This document shows positions 38,465 to 49,026 of a stretch of DNA of 64,000 nucleotides, one piece after another. This stretch comes from Bacilli bacterium. Its GTDB lineage: Bacteria > Bacillota_I > Bacilli_A > RFN20 > DUOF01. Every line of letters starts with the position of its first letter. Positions within the stretch are counted from its first letter, which is position 1. A program made the translations under genes and the position numbers. The notes beneath the pieces are model-generated. The model searched no databases. It had not been told where the DNA came from and saw nothing but the letters and a program-made list of their open reading frames with translations. Where the stretch lies: assembly GCA_045118975.1 (NCBI GenBank), contig JBGVCT010000016.1, forward strand, positions 96,569 through 160,568, given 5' to 3'.

Positions 38465-41218
38465 ATGGAAGTTAAGCAAACATTATTAATGCCTAAGACT
38501 AGTTTTGAAATGAGAGGTAATTTACCAAATAAGGAACCAGGACTTAGACAAAAATGGGAAAACGAAAAATTATATCACAAGATGAATGAAAGAAATATGG
38601 GAAAAACACCATTCATTTTACATGATGGGCCACCATATGCTAATGGGGATATGCATATTGGTCATGCTTTAAATAAGGTATTAAAGGATTTTGTAATTAG
38701 ATATAAATCTATGTCAGGTTACTATACTCCTTTTACTCCTGGTTGGGACACTCATGGTTTACCAATCGAGAATGCAGTAATTAAAAATGGAGTTAACAGA
38801 AAGACTACTCCTGTAGTAGAATTCAGAAATAAATGTGAAGAGTATGCTCATAAGCAAGTATTAAGACAAATGGAACAACAAAAGACACTTGGATTAATGG
38901 CAGATTACGATGCACCATATTTAACTTTAGAACATGCTTTTGAGGCAAATGAAGTTGATATGTTTGCTACTTTAGCATTAAATGGATTAATTTATAGAGG
39001 ATTAAAACCTGTTTATTGGTCTCCATCTAGTGAAAGTGCTTTAGCTGAAGCCGAAGTTGAATACTATGATAAGGAAGATACATCTATTTATGTTAAGTTT
39101 GCTGTATGCGATGGAAATGGTGTTCTAGATACAGATACTTATTTTGTAATTTGGACTACTACTCCTTGGACAATTCCAGCAAACCTTGCTATTTGTTTAA
39201 ATGAGACTCTAGAATATGGTTTATTTGATACTAACAAGGGTAAATTGGTATTTTTAACTTGTTTAGAAGAAGAGTTAACAAAGGCATTCGAACTTGAAAA
39301 TGTAAAATTAGTTAAGACATTCAAGGGAAGAGAACTTGAAGGAGTTAAAACTAAGCACCCTCTATTTGATAGAGAAAGTGTAGTTATTTTAGGAGATCAT
39401 GTAACTAGCGATGCTGGTACAGGATGTGTACATACTGCTCCAGGTCTAGGTGCTGATGACTATTTTGTTGGTCAAAAATATGGATTAGGAGTTCTTTCAC
39501 CAGTTGATGATAGAGGTTGTATGACTGCTGAAGCAGGTAGCGATTTAGAAGGATTATTCTATAGTGATGCTAATGAAAAAGTAATTTCTATGTTAGATGA
39601 ACTTGGAGTATTATTAAAAGCTACTAAATTTACTCACTCATATCCACATGACTGGAGAACAAAGAAACCAATTATCTTTAGATCTACTCCTCAATGGTTT
39701 GCTTCAATTGATAAGATTAGACCAGAATTATTAAGAGAAATCAAAAATGTTAAATGGCATAATCCTTGGGGCGAACTTAGAATGACTAATATGATAAAAG
39801 ATAGAGGAGATTGGTGTATTTCTAGACAAAGATTATGGGGTCTTCCAATTCCTGTTATCTATAATGAAGATGGTTCACCAATACTAGAAAAAGAAGTATT
39901 TGATCATATTTCAAAATTATTTAGAGAAAAAGGTTCTACTTGTTGGTATGAATTAGATGTTAAAGATTTATTGCCTGCTGGATATAAAAACCCAGCAAGC
40001 CCAAATGGTGCTTTTGTAAAAGAAAAAGATACTCTAGATGTATGGTTTGATTCAGGTTCATCTCATACAGGTGTATTAGTTGAAAGAGAACAAGGTTATC
40101 CTTCTGATTTATATTTAGAGGGTAGTGACCAATATAGAGGTTGGTTTAACTCTTCATTAATCTTAGGTGTTGCTAAACATGGTGTGTCTCCATATAAGAA
40201 TTTAGTGTCTCATGGATTTATCGTAGATAGTAAGGGAATGAAGATGTCTAAATCTTTAGGTAATGGAGTAGACCCTAATAAGATTGTTAATGTTCAAGGT
40301 GCTGATATTTTAAGATTATGGGTAGCTAGTATTGACTATCAAGCTGATTGTAAAATTGGTGATGAAATCTTAAAACAAGTTAGTGAAACATATAGAAAGA
40401 TTAGAAATACTTGTAGATTCTTAGTTGGTAACTTATCAAATGGAGAATTCTCTAAGTTTGATGTAAATAAGGATACAGTTGATAGTTATGAATTTGTAGA
40501 TCTTTGTATCTTAGAGAAGTTACAAGATGTTACTAACAAATATTTAGATTGCTTTGATGCATATGATTTTGCTGGAGCAGTTAGTGAAATGCTTAACTTT
40601 ATGACTATTGATTTAAGTAGTTTCTATTTAGATTTAAGTAAAGATATTTTATATTGTGAAACATATGAATCTCTAAGAAGAAAACAAGTTCAAAATGTAT
40701 TATATAGAGTTCTTGATACAGTAGTTAGATTGTTGACTCCAATCATCCCTCATACAATGGATGAGTTATATGAGGCAATGGGTGGAGATGCTTTCTCAAG
40801 TGTATTATTAGATATGCCAACTAGAAGAGAAGTTGATACTGAATTATTAGCTGAATACAAAAACTTATTAACTTTAAGAAGTGACGTATTGAAGGCAATT
40901 GAAGTACAAAGAGGTGCTGGGGTAATTAAGTCTAGCCAAGAAGTTGCTCTTACTTTAGAAGTAGTAGATGAAAATGTTAAAAAGACGTTTGATAAATTAT
41001 CTAATTTAGAACAAACTAGATTATTTATTGTAAGTAGCGTTAAAGAAGCTAACTTAGAGGATGATAAGTTGGAAGTAAGTAAAGTTAAAGTAGAAACTCA
41101 TACAGGTTGTAGATGTGAGAGATGTTGGAATAAATTTGATGAAGCTGAAATGAAAGATAATTTATGTCCTAGATGTGCTGCTGCTTGGGATTTCTATAAG
41201 GATAAAGTAAATGAATAA
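38465..41218 (+). CDS. ileS: Isoleucyl-tRNA synthetase (type 1)
   Basis: LHDGPPYANG, HIGH, KMSKS, C-terminal CERCW/CPRC zinc finger; true start is ATG 38465 (the track start lies inside the T-box). Confidence 0.97.
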   Translation: MEVKQTLLMPKTSFEMRGNLPNKEPGLRQKWENEKLYHKMNERNMGKTPFILHDGPPYANGDMHIGHALNKVLKDFVIRYKSMSGYYTPFTPGWDTHGLPIENAVIKNGVNRKTTPVVEFRNKCEEYAHKQVLRQMEQQKTLGLMADYDAPYLTLEHAFEANEVDMFATLALNGLIYRGLKPVYWSPSSESALAEAEVEYYDKEDTSIYVKFAVCDGNGVLDTDTYFVIWTTTPWTIPANLAICLNETLEYGLFDTNKGKLVFLTCLEEELTKAFELENVKLVKTFKGRELEGVKTKHPLFDRESVVILGDHVTSDAGTGCVHTAPGLGADDYFVGQKYGLGVLSPVDDRGCMTAEAGSDLEGLFYSDANEKVISMLDELGVLLKATKFTHSYPHDWRTKKPIIFRSTPQWFASIDKIRPELLREIKNVKWHNPWGELRMTNMIKDRGDWCISRQRLWGLPIPVIYNEDGSPILEKEVFDHISKLFREKGSTCWYELDVKDLLPAGYKNPASPNGAFVKEKDTLDVWFDSGSSHTGVLVEREQGYPSDLYLEGSDQYRGWFNSSLILGVAKHGVSPYKNLVSHGFIVDSKGMKMSKSLGNGVDPNKIVNVQGADILRLWVASIDYQADCKIGDEILKQVSETYRKIRNTCRFLVGNLSNGEFSKFDVNKDTVDSYEFVDLCILEKLQDVTNKYLDCFDAYDFAGAVSEMLNFMTIDLSSFYLDLSKDILYCETYESLRRKQVQNVLYRVLDTVVRLLTPIIPHTMDELYEAMGGDAFSSVLLDMPTRREVDTELLAEYKNLLTLRSDVLKAIEVQRGAGVIKSSQEVALTLEVVDENVKKTFDKLSNLEQTRLFIVSSVKEANLEDDKLEVSKVKVETHTGCRCERCWNKFDEAEMKDNLCPRCAAAWDFYKDKVNE

Positions 41219-41744
41219 GAAGAAATATATAATAAAATACAGCATTATTGCTAGTATTGTAGTTATCTGTGTTTTATTAGACCAATTAACTAAGTTTATT
41301 GCTGAAACTAATTTAGAAAAGTATGAAAGTGTAGAAGTTATTAAAAATTTCTTTTACTTCACTTTATGTTATAACACTGGTGGGGCATGGAGTATTTTAA
41401 GTGATTCTACTTGGTTACTTGTAGCAATTAGTTTTGTGGCTTTAGGGTTTATGATTTACACTCTTATTAAGTCAAAAGATTTATTTTATATTATTAGTGC
41501 CTCTGTATTTAGCGGGGGATTAATTGGTAACTTAATAGATAGACTTGTAAATGTTGGTGTGGTTGATTTCTTTGATTTCAAAATATTTGGGTATGATTTC
41601 CCAGTGTTTAATGTAGCAGATATTTGTATTGTTGTTAGTGCTATACTTCTAGGGGTGTGTTTGATTCTAGAAGACAATAAAGAGAAAAAATTAAAAGTAA
41701 AGGATGAAGAAAATGGAGAAAATATTAGTAGAGAAGGAGAGTAA
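41211..41744 (+). CDS. lspA: Lipoprotein signal peptidase II
   Basis: DQLTK, NTGGAWS, GNLIDR, VVDF, FNVAD. Confidence 0.95.
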   Translation: MNKKKYIIKYSIIASIVVICVLLDQLTKFIAETNLEKYESVEVIKNFFYFTLCYNTGGAWSILSDSTWLLVAISFVALGFMIYTLIKSKDLFYIISASVFSGGLIGNLIDRLVNVGVVDFFDFKIFGYDFPVFNVADICIVVSAILLGVCLILEDNKEKKLKVKDEENGENISREGE

Positions 41745-42621
41745 AGGTATTAGGTTAGATAAATATTTATCTAATCGCTTTCCTGATTTATCAAGAGTAT
41801 TCATCCAAACTCTTATTGAAGAAGAAAAAGTTTTAGTGAATGGTAAAAAAGAGAGAGCTTCATATAAGGTTAATGAAAATGATGAAATAGATATGTTAGA
41901 GACTGAGGCAAAAGAGTTAGATATTTTGCCTCAAAATCTACCTATTAATGTTGTATATGAAGATGAGGATGTAATTGTTATTAACAAGGAACAAGGAATG
42001 GTTGTTCATCCTGCAAGTGGAGTATATGAAAATACTTTAGTTAACGCTCTTTTATATCATTGTAAAGACTTATCTACGATTAATGGGGTTAAACGTCCTG
42101 GTATTGTACATCGTATTGATAAGGATACATCAGGACTACTTGTTGTCGCTAAAAATGATTTAGCACATGTAGAGTTATCTAATCAATTAAAAGATAAGAC
42201 TATGAATAGAGAATATATTGCTATTGTTCATGGTGTTATTTTAGAAAATAAAGGGAATATAAATGCTCCTATAGGGAGAGATTTAAATAACAGAGTGAAG
42301 ATGGCGGTTATTAAAGATGGTAAAAGCGCTGTTACTCATTTTGAGGTTCTAGAAAGATATAGGAATTACTCATTAGTGTATTGTAAACTAGAGACTGGTA
42401 GAACTCATCAAATAAGAGTGCATATGAATTATATTAAGCATCCAATAGCGTGTGATCCTTTGTATGGACCTAAGCAAACATTGAATGGTAATGGACAATA
42501 TTTGCATGCTAAAAAATTAACTTTTGTTCATCCTAGAACTAAAGAAACAATGACATTTGAATCAGAATTACCTAATTATTTTACTAATATGATAGAAAAT
42601 TTAAGAATGGGTAAAGAATAA
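41713..42621 (+). CDS. rluD: 23S rRNA pseudouridine synthase RluD-like
   Basis: S4 domain, [25 protein letters not shown]; follows lspA. Confidence 0.9.
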   Translation: MEKILVEKESKGIRLDKYLSNRFPDLSRVFIQTLIEEEKVLVNGKKERASYKVNENDEIDMLETEAKELDILPQNLPINVVYEDEDVIVINKEQGMVVHPASGVYENTLVNALLYHCKDLSTINGVKRPGIVHRIDKDTSGLLVVAKNDLAHVELSNQLKDKTMNREYIAIVHGVILENKGNINAPIGRDLNNRVKMAVIKDGKSAVTHFEVLERYRNYSLVYCKLETGRTHQIRVHMNYIKHPIACDPLYGPKQTLNGNGQYLHAKKLTFVHPRTKETMTFESELPNYFTNMIENLRMGKE

Positions 42622-42708
42622 AATTAAAATAAGCAGCCTAATATTATGGGATGCTTATTTTTTGTTATAAAATAATAATAGTTATTTAATTAAAAGGGAG
42701 GAAGAAAA

Positions 42709-43932
42709 ATGAAAAAATCAATACTAAAAAAATATGCAGAGTTAGTTGTTAAAACAGGTGTTAATGTTCAAAAGGGGCAAGAAGTAATTTTGACTATTGC
42801 TTTGGAGCATAAAGATTTTGCTTATTACATAACTCAAGAGTGCTATAAGGCAGGTGCTAAAAGAGTTCAAATAGAATGGTATGATGATGATATTGATAGG
42901 TTACAAAATAAAAAGCAATCTTTAGAGACTATGAAAGATTTACAAAGTTGGAAGATTGAAAAGTATAAAGATATGGCTAAAAGATTACCTTGTAGAATTT
43001 TTGTAGAGAGTAGTGACCCAGATGTTTTAAAGGGATTAGATCAAGGTAAAATAACTAGCGCAAGAGTAGCTAATTTCCCTAAGTATAAAAAGTATATTGA
43101 TGAGATGGATAATAAATATCAATGGACTATTGTTGGAGCACCAGGAAAAGTGTGGGCTAAAAAAGTATTTCCTGAATTGAGTGCTAATGAAGCATATAAT
43201 AAATTATGGGATACTATTTTATATGTTACAAGAGTAACAGATGATCCTATTAAGGAATGGGAAAAGCATAATAAGTATTTAAAAGAAAAATGTAGTAAAT
43301 TAAATGATTATGATTTTAAATCATTACATTTTACAAGTAAGAATGGTACTGATTTGGTTGTAGAACTTCAAGAAAATCAACAATTTGCTGCAGGTAGTGA
43401 AACTAGTTTACAAAATATTACTTATAATCCTAATATGCCAAGTGAGGAATGTTTTGGTATGCCTAGTAAATATGGAGTAAATGGTATTGTTTATTCTACT
43501 AAGCCATTATCTTATAATGGAGAGTTAATAACTGATTTCAATATTAGATTTGAAAATGGTAAGGCTGTAGAAGTTCATGCAAAAGAGGGCGAAGAATTAT
43601 TAAAGAAGATGATTAGTATGGATGAGGGAAGTGCATATTTAGGTGAAGTTGCACTAGTTCCATACAATTCTCCAATATCTAATAGCAATGTACTATTCTA
43701 TAACACTTTATATGATGAGAATGCTTCTTGCCATTTGGCATTAGGTAAGGCATATACTTGTAATATTAAAGGATTTGAGAATATGACTCTTGCTGATTTT
43801 AAAAAGTTAGGTATTAATGATTCTTTAAATCATGTTGACTTTATGATTGGTGATAAGGATACAAATATTATTGGTACTTGTAAGGATGGAAAGAAAATTC
43901 AAGTATTTAAGGATGGAAATTGGGCTATTTAA
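42709..43932 (+). CDS. pepS: Aminopeptidase, M29 (PepS/AmpS) family
   Basis: NMPSEECF, LGEVALV, YDENASCHLALG, SLNHVDFMIG. Confidence 0.9.
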   Translation: MKKSILKKYAELVVKTGVNVQKGQEVILTIALEHKDFAYYITQECYKAGAKRVQIEWYDDDIDRLQNKKQSLETMKDLQSWKIEKYKDMAKRLPCRIFVESSDPDVLKGLDQGKITSARVANFPKYKKYIDEMDNKYQWTIVGAPGKVWAKKVFPELSANEAYNKLWDTILYVTRVTDDPIKEWEKHNKYLKEKCSKLNDYDFKSLHFTSKNGTDLVVELQENQQFAAGSETSLQNITYNPNMPSEECFGMPSKYGVNGIVYSTKPLSYNGELITDFNIRFENGKAVEVHAKEGEELLKKMISMDEGSAYLGEVALVPYNSPISNSNVLFYNTLYDENASCHLALGKAYTCNIKGFENMTLADFKKLGINDSLNHVDFMIGDKDTNIIGTCKDGKKIQVFKDGNWAI

Positions 43933-44015
43933 TAGCCCTTTTTTTGTGTGGAGAAAGGTTGAAAGCCAATAAAGGCTATAATATAATAATATTATAAGGG
44001 ATTGGAGAATGGGTT

Positions 44016-46940
44016 ATGAAAAGTTATTATGATGTTGTTGACCAAGTTAATAAACTTTTAGAAACCGAGGGTGAAGATGCAGCGCTTGACTATCTTCATG
44101 ATGTTTTAGATGACCCTGAAACTTATAAGATACTTGATAGTTATGACATAATGGATCTATTTAAATATTTAGATCTTGGAGATAATGATAGTGAATATAA
44201 GATAGATTTATTAAATGAGACTAATGTTTCAGAATATTTAGAAATGTATGCTGAAAAAGATATTTTTATATCAATATTAAATAACGCTGCGAAACGTACA
44301 TATTTGTATAATGAAAATTTTAATGATTTATTATATAGGCATAGCACAATGGAAGAAATGGTGGATAATAACTATGCTTTAGCAATTTTAAGGAATCATC
44401 AATATTTAGCACCATATGCTATATATTATGTTTTGTCTTCGGAAAATGTAGGGAAGCTTGATAATAATATTCTTTCTGATTTATTAAATGCATATGAATT
44501 AGATGAAACTACAATGTATAGAGAGGTTTTATCTTTACTTAGAATTCCATCATTTGTTAATGCGCTTTCATTTAAACAAATTGAAGAATTAGTTAATCGA
44601 GTTAGTACAAATTTAGAAACTAAAGAGTCAAAAAAATTCGTAACAGAAGTAATGAAGATTCCTCTTATTAAGCAAAGGTATTCTCAAAGGGGAAGAATGT
44701 TTAATTTTAAATACATGGATAAGAAAAAGGTGTCTCATGTATTTCCGCTTTTAGCAAAAAAAGGCTACTATGATAGTCAATTAGCTGTTACAGATAAAGA
44801 AAAAGCTATTAATATGATTGGATATTTTGTTGATCAAGATCCAACTTTCTTTGAATATTTTAATTTTAGAGTACTTAATGATACTGTCATGGAATTAGAT
44901 GAAGATTTGCTTTTTGGTCTAATCAAGAGTGATAAGAGAAATAAATTAGCTTCTATTGGAGTTAGTAGACATGGAAAAGCATTTGTTAAATGTGCTAATT
45001 ATTTAAATGAAAGATATCCAAATGCTAATGTGTCTTCACTACTTTCTATATTTGAGGGAAGACATTTGCCTGAGTTTGTATATGATCTTCCAGAAAATGT
45101 GGATGTTGCAATGCTTACGCATTTTTTATTAAATAATTATTCAATGCAACTAACAAGTTTGGAGCAATATGAATATAAGATTATGGAAGATTTAGATGCA
45201 GAGGTGAAAAATCCATATGGTAGTATGGAAGATTTCAAAGATGCTTTGTGTATGAATAGATATGGATTTAAACTTCAAAAAATTACTGACTTATATAGAC
45301 AATTTGGTACATATATTGAGTCATGTGATAATGAGGAGTTAAAGAGAGAATTTAAAGAGTTTGAAGATATTATATTTGGTAAAAATAAGGAAGAGCTATA
45401 TAGAAAATATATGACTAATAGATTTTCTTTTGATAAGTCAAATAAGTATGTAGAAGAACTTAAAAGAATGTTCTCTTCAGAATTAGATGATAAAGTATTC
45501 TCTCAAAAAGATTTAGTAGTTAATGATGATATGTATCATGAGGGTGAAATTGTTCCTGTAGTTAGAGTTACTGGAGAATTTTTAGGACTTATTTCTGTTT
45601 TGGGGTTTGTTACTTCATTTAATGTTATTGATGATGATTATAAGAAATCAATATTGAGTGATAAGAACTATGAAATTCATGCTTTGAGTACTAGTTTATA
45701 TTCTAGATCTAATCCTGCTAGAGTAACTGGACATGTTGTACTTGGGTATAGTGATTTTGGCCCTGATGCTATTCAAGAGGCTGCTGGAGTAGATATCTAT
45801 TCTGATTCTTCTAGATATGGGGTTCATGCAGATTATACTTCTGCATTTGTTCCTCCAAGTGAGTTACCTAATTATACAAAAGATAGTTATAATGAATTAA
45901 TTCTTGAAAGAAGGATAAGAGATAAAAATAGTCCTAATCATTTAGCTAATATATATCCTTCATATGTCTTTTTAGATAATGATGAGCCAACAAATGTTGC
46001 AAGAGCTGTTAAGGCTAGTAAAGATTTAGGTATACCAATAGTGTTCTATGATAGAAAAGAAGAATGGAAAAAGTATAAAGAAGAATATATGCAAAAAGTT
46101 AAATCGTTTACAGGAAAGAGTGCAGATGAATTTATAGATGTTGCAACTAGATTGTTTGCTATTGCTCATTTTAGCGGTACGGGGAATATTGATGATTTAA
46201 AAACACTTGTTTCAAAGACTCTTAAAAATTTAAATGATCCTAGTGAATTAGAAAAAGTTGAAGCATTTTTAATGAGAGAAATTAATAAAGATAGAAGTTC
46301 AAATAATTCACTTGTTTATGAATCTATTGTGGCAATAAGAAAGAAATATGCTCCTTCGATTAATTTACCAATCGTTGAGGGCAATGAAAAGTTTTCTAAA
46401 CTTATTGTTAGAGATATTCAAGATTCCTTAAAAAGAGGTCTTTTGACACAAAGGTATGAAGGAAGAGCAATAAAAGATGCATATGCTCTAACACATATGT
46501 GTGCATACTTATATGATAGAATTCCTGAGGTAAATGAAAACTATAGTCTAAAAGATATTGTTAGTTGTGCTCTTATTTTAAGTGCTGGAACAGCTGATTT
46601 TATGTATGATTATAGAATTCCAACAGAGAAAAGGGATAATGAGGCTGATTCAATTGCTTTCTCTGAACATGCAAGACTAATTACTCACTATTATCCAACT
46701 TTAGAAAAATATTCTAGAACTTTATCTAGTTTCCAATTTAATATTAGTAGATATTGTCTTAGTGATTCTAATGACATAAGGAAGTTCTTTAATATAGCTT
46801 TATCTGTTGTTAATGGAGAAGGATTAAATAATATTGCTAGAGAATTAGATATTGAACCTGAAGAATTATTAAAAGCAAGAGAAGAAATTATATCTATTTA
46901 TAGTAATGATGCAAAAAAAGTTGCAAGTAAGAAAAAATAA
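44016..46940 (+). CDS. Large hypothetical protein, possible ART-like central domain
   Basis: 974 aa; own promoter TTGAAA-17 bp-TATAAT (43959-43987); LSTSL and YNEL motifs. Confidence 0.75.
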   Translation: MKSYYDVVDQVNKLLETEGEDAALDYLHDVLDDPETYKILDSYDIMDLFKYLDLGDNDSEYKIDLLNETNVSEYLEMYAEKDIFISILNNAAKRTYLYNENFNDLLYRHSTMEEMVDNNYALAILRNHQYLAPYAIYYVLSSENVGKLDNNILSDLLNAYELDETTMYREVLSLLRIPSFVNALSFKQIEELVNRVSTNLETKESKKFVTEVMKIPLIKQRYSQRGRMFNFKYMDKKKVSHVFPLLAKKGYYDSQLAVTDKEKAINMIGYFVDQDPTFFEYFNFRVLNDTVMELDEDLLFGLIKSDKRNKLASIGVSRHGKAFVKCANYLNERYPNANVSSLLSIFEGRHLPEFVYDLPENVDVAMLTHFLLNNYSMQLTSLEQYEYKIMEDLDAEVKNPYGSMEDFKDALCMNRYGFKLQKITDLYRQFGTYIESCDNEELKREFKEFEDIIFGKNKEELYRKYMTNRFSFDKSNKYVEELKRMFSSELDDKVFSQKDLVVNDDMYHEGEIVPVVRVTGEFLGLISVLGFVTSFNVIDDDYKKSILSDKNYEIHALSTSLYSRSNPARVTGHVVLGYSDFGPDAIQEAAGVDIYSDSSRYGVHADYTSAFVPPSELPNYTKDSYNELILERRIRDKNSPNHLANIYPSYVFLDNDEPTNVARAVKASKDLGIPIVFYDRKEEWKKYKEEYMQKVKSFTGKSADEFIDVATRLFAIAHFSGTGNIDDLKTLVSKTLKNLNDPSELEKVEAFLMREINKDRSSNNSLVYESIVAIRKKYAPSINLPIVEGNEKFSKLIVRDIQDSLKRGLLTQRYEGRAIKDAYALTHMCAYLYDRIPEVNENYSLKDIVSCALILSAGTADFMYDYRIPTEKRDNEADSIAFSEHARLITHYYPTLEKYSRTLSSFQFNISRYCLSDSNDIRKFFNIALSVVNGEGLNNIARELDIEPEELLKAREEIISIYSNDAKKVASKKK

Positions 46941-46987
46941 TGTTATTATATAGGCGTTAAGAGAGGGGATCCCTCTCTTTCTTCTTT
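46921..46987 (+). promoter_or_regulatory. rimP-nusA operon promoter and leader attenuator hairpin
   Basis: TTGCAA-17 bp-TATTAT with extended TG; AAGAGAGGG/CCCTCTCTT stem with an interrupted U-tract before rimP. Confidence 0.72.
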
Positions 46988-47002
46988 AAATGGGGTGAAT
47001 TA

Positions 47003-47464
47003 ATGGATATAGAGAAGATTAAGAGTGCAATTGAACCGATTGCTAAAGAGTTAAATGTAAACATTTATAAAGTTGTTTACGAAAAAGAAAACGGGAAAAA
47101 TTATTTGAGGATTTTTCTTGAAAAAGAAGACTATAGCTTAGATCTAGATACATGTGTTAAAGCAAGTGAAGCTATATCTCCACTTCTAGATGAACTAGAT
47201 CCTATTCAAGATGAATATTTTCTTGAAGTAGCTAGTGCAGGAGAGAGAGAACTTGTTACTAAAGAAGATTTTGCTAAGGCTATCAATATGTATATATTGG
47301 TTGATGTTAGTGAACGTGTATTAGACTATGATGAGTTAGTGGGCGATTTAGTTAAGGTTAATGAAGATTCTATCGAACTAAAGATTAATTTAAAGGGTAG
47401 AATGAAGATCGTAACTATACCATTTAATATTATTGAGAAGGCAAATTTGACATTTAAGTTTTAA
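47003..47464 (+). CDS. rimP: Ribosome maturation factor RimP
   Basis: LRIFLEK, LDTC..ASE.IS..LD, YFLEVAS.GER; first gene of the nusA operon. Confidence 0.93.
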   Translation: MDIEKIKSAIEPIAKELNVNIYKVVYEKENGKNYLRIFLEKEDYSLDLDTCVKASEAISPLLDELDPIQDEYFLEVASAGERELVTKEDFAKAINMYILVDVSERVLDYDELVGDLVKVNEDSIELKINLKGRMKIVTIPFNIIEKANLTFKF

Positions 47465-47484
47465 TTAGGGGGAAACAAAAGAAA

Positions 47485-49020
47485 ATGAATGCTAGAGAAT
47501 TATTGAATGCATTAGATGCATTCGAGCAAGAAAAGGGAATTAGTAAAGAGGTTGTTATTGAGGCTTTAAAAGAAGCAATGACAAAAGCATATTTAAAAAT
47601 TACTGATCCAGATGCTAAATGTAGAGTAGAAATCAATCCAGTTAAGGGTACTATTGAAATGTATGAAGTTAAGGAAGTAGTAGAGGAAGTAACTGATGAT
47701 TTGTTTGAAATCGAACTTGAAGATGCTAGAGAAATAGATCCAAATTATAATATTGGTGATGAAGTATTAACTCCAGTTGATCCAGATACTTTGACTAGAC
47801 TAGCAGCATTACAAGCTAAACAAGTATTAACTCAAAAGATTAGAGAATATGAAAAGCAAACAGTTTATGATGCATATATTGATAAAAAAGGAGATATTAT
47901 TGCTGGTGTAATTGAAAGAATTGAGCCTACATTCATCCTTGTTAATATTGGTAAGACAAACGCTATTATGAAAGCTAATAATGTTCTTCCTGGAGAAAAA
48001 GAAAACTTTAAGGTTGGACAAACAGTTAGAGTATATGTTGTAGATGTTGACAAGAGTGCTACAGGTGCAGCTGTTGTTGTAAGTAGAACTGATCCTGGTT
48101 TCTTAAAGAGATTATTTGAAAGTGAAATCAGTGAAATATATGATGGTACTGTAGAAATTAAAGACATTGCTAGAGAAGCTGGAGATAGAGCTAAAGTTAG
48201 TGTGTTCTCAAGAAATAGTAATGTAGATGCTACTGGTTCTTGTATTGGTAAAAGTGGTGCTAGAATTCAACAAATTTCTAACCAATTACTAGGAGAAAAG
48301 ATTGATGTAATTAATTATTATAAAGATCCAATCCTTTATATTTCTGAGGCTTTAAAGCCTGCTAATGTAATTGGTGTTAATTTAATTGATGCTAAAAGCG
48401 CAATAGCAGTTGTTGAGGATGATGATTTCTCTCTTGCTATTGGTAAAAAGGGTATTAATGCTAGACTTGCTGTTAAACTTACAGGTATTAAAATTGATAT
48501 TAAGTCATTAACAGATGCAGTAAGTGAAGGTATTGAATATACAACTGTTCAAGCAGCTAAGGCAAGCTATGAATATGAATTGAAACAAGCTAATGTAGTT
48601 GATACTCCAGTTGTTGAAGAAGAAGTTGCTCCAGTTGTTGAAGAAACAATAGTAGAAGAAGTTGCTCCTGTTATTGAAGCTACTCCAGTAGTAGAAGAAG
48701 TTAAGGTTGAAGCTAAACCTGCTGTTAAGGTTACTAAGAGTGAACCTAGAAAGGTTGAAGTTAGTGCAACTTCTAAACCTAAAAAAGAAGAAAAGAAACC
48801 ATTCTCTAAACCTAAAAAAGAAGATAAAGATGTTAAGAGAACTACAATTAATTCACAAGAGTTACAAGATATTAAAAAGCAAAATGAACAAGCTAGAAAC
48901 TATATGCCTGTTTATACTGATGAAGAACTTGAGAGTCTAGATGATGATTACGAAGAAGTAGATGATTACTATGACAACGTAGATTACGATGACTTCGATA
49001 AGTACTATGATGAGGACTAA
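47485..49020 (+). CDS. nusA: Transcription factor NusA with long low-complexity C-terminal extension
   Basis: S1 and KH domains (AREAGDRAKV, CIGKSGARI, AIGKKGINARLA) plus ~165 extra aa. Confidence 0.96.
   Translation: MNARELLNALDAFEQEKGISKEVVIEALKEAMTKAYLKITDPDAKCRVEINPVKGTIEMYEVKEVVEEVTDDLFEIELEDAREIDPNYNIGDEVLTPVDPDTLTRLAALQAKQVLTQKIREYEKQTVYDAYIDKKGDIIAGVIERIEPTFILVNIGKTNAIMKANNVLPGEKENFKVGQTVRVYVVDVDKSATGAAVVVSRTDPGFLKRLFESEISEIYDGTVEIKDIAREAGDRAKVSVFSRNSNVDATGSCIGKSGARIQQISNQLLGEKIDVINYYKDPILYISEALKPANVIGVNLIDAKSAIAVVEDDDFSLAIGKKGINARLAVKLTGIKIDIKSLTDAVSEGIEYTTVQAAKASYEYELKQANVVDTPVVEEEVAPVVEETIVEEVAPVIEATPVVEEVKVEAKPAVKVTKSEPRKVEVSATSKPKKEEKKPFSKPKKEDKDVKRTTINSQELQDIKKQNEQARNYMPVYTDEELESLDDDYEEVDDYYDNVDYDDFDKYYDED
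48605..48700 (+). repeat. Short direct repeats encoding PVVEE/EEVAP units in the NusA tail
   Basis: CTCCAGTTGTTGAAGAA at 48605 and 48629 (24-bp period), plus degenerate copies. Confidence 0.7.
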
Positions 49021-49026
49021 TTTTCG

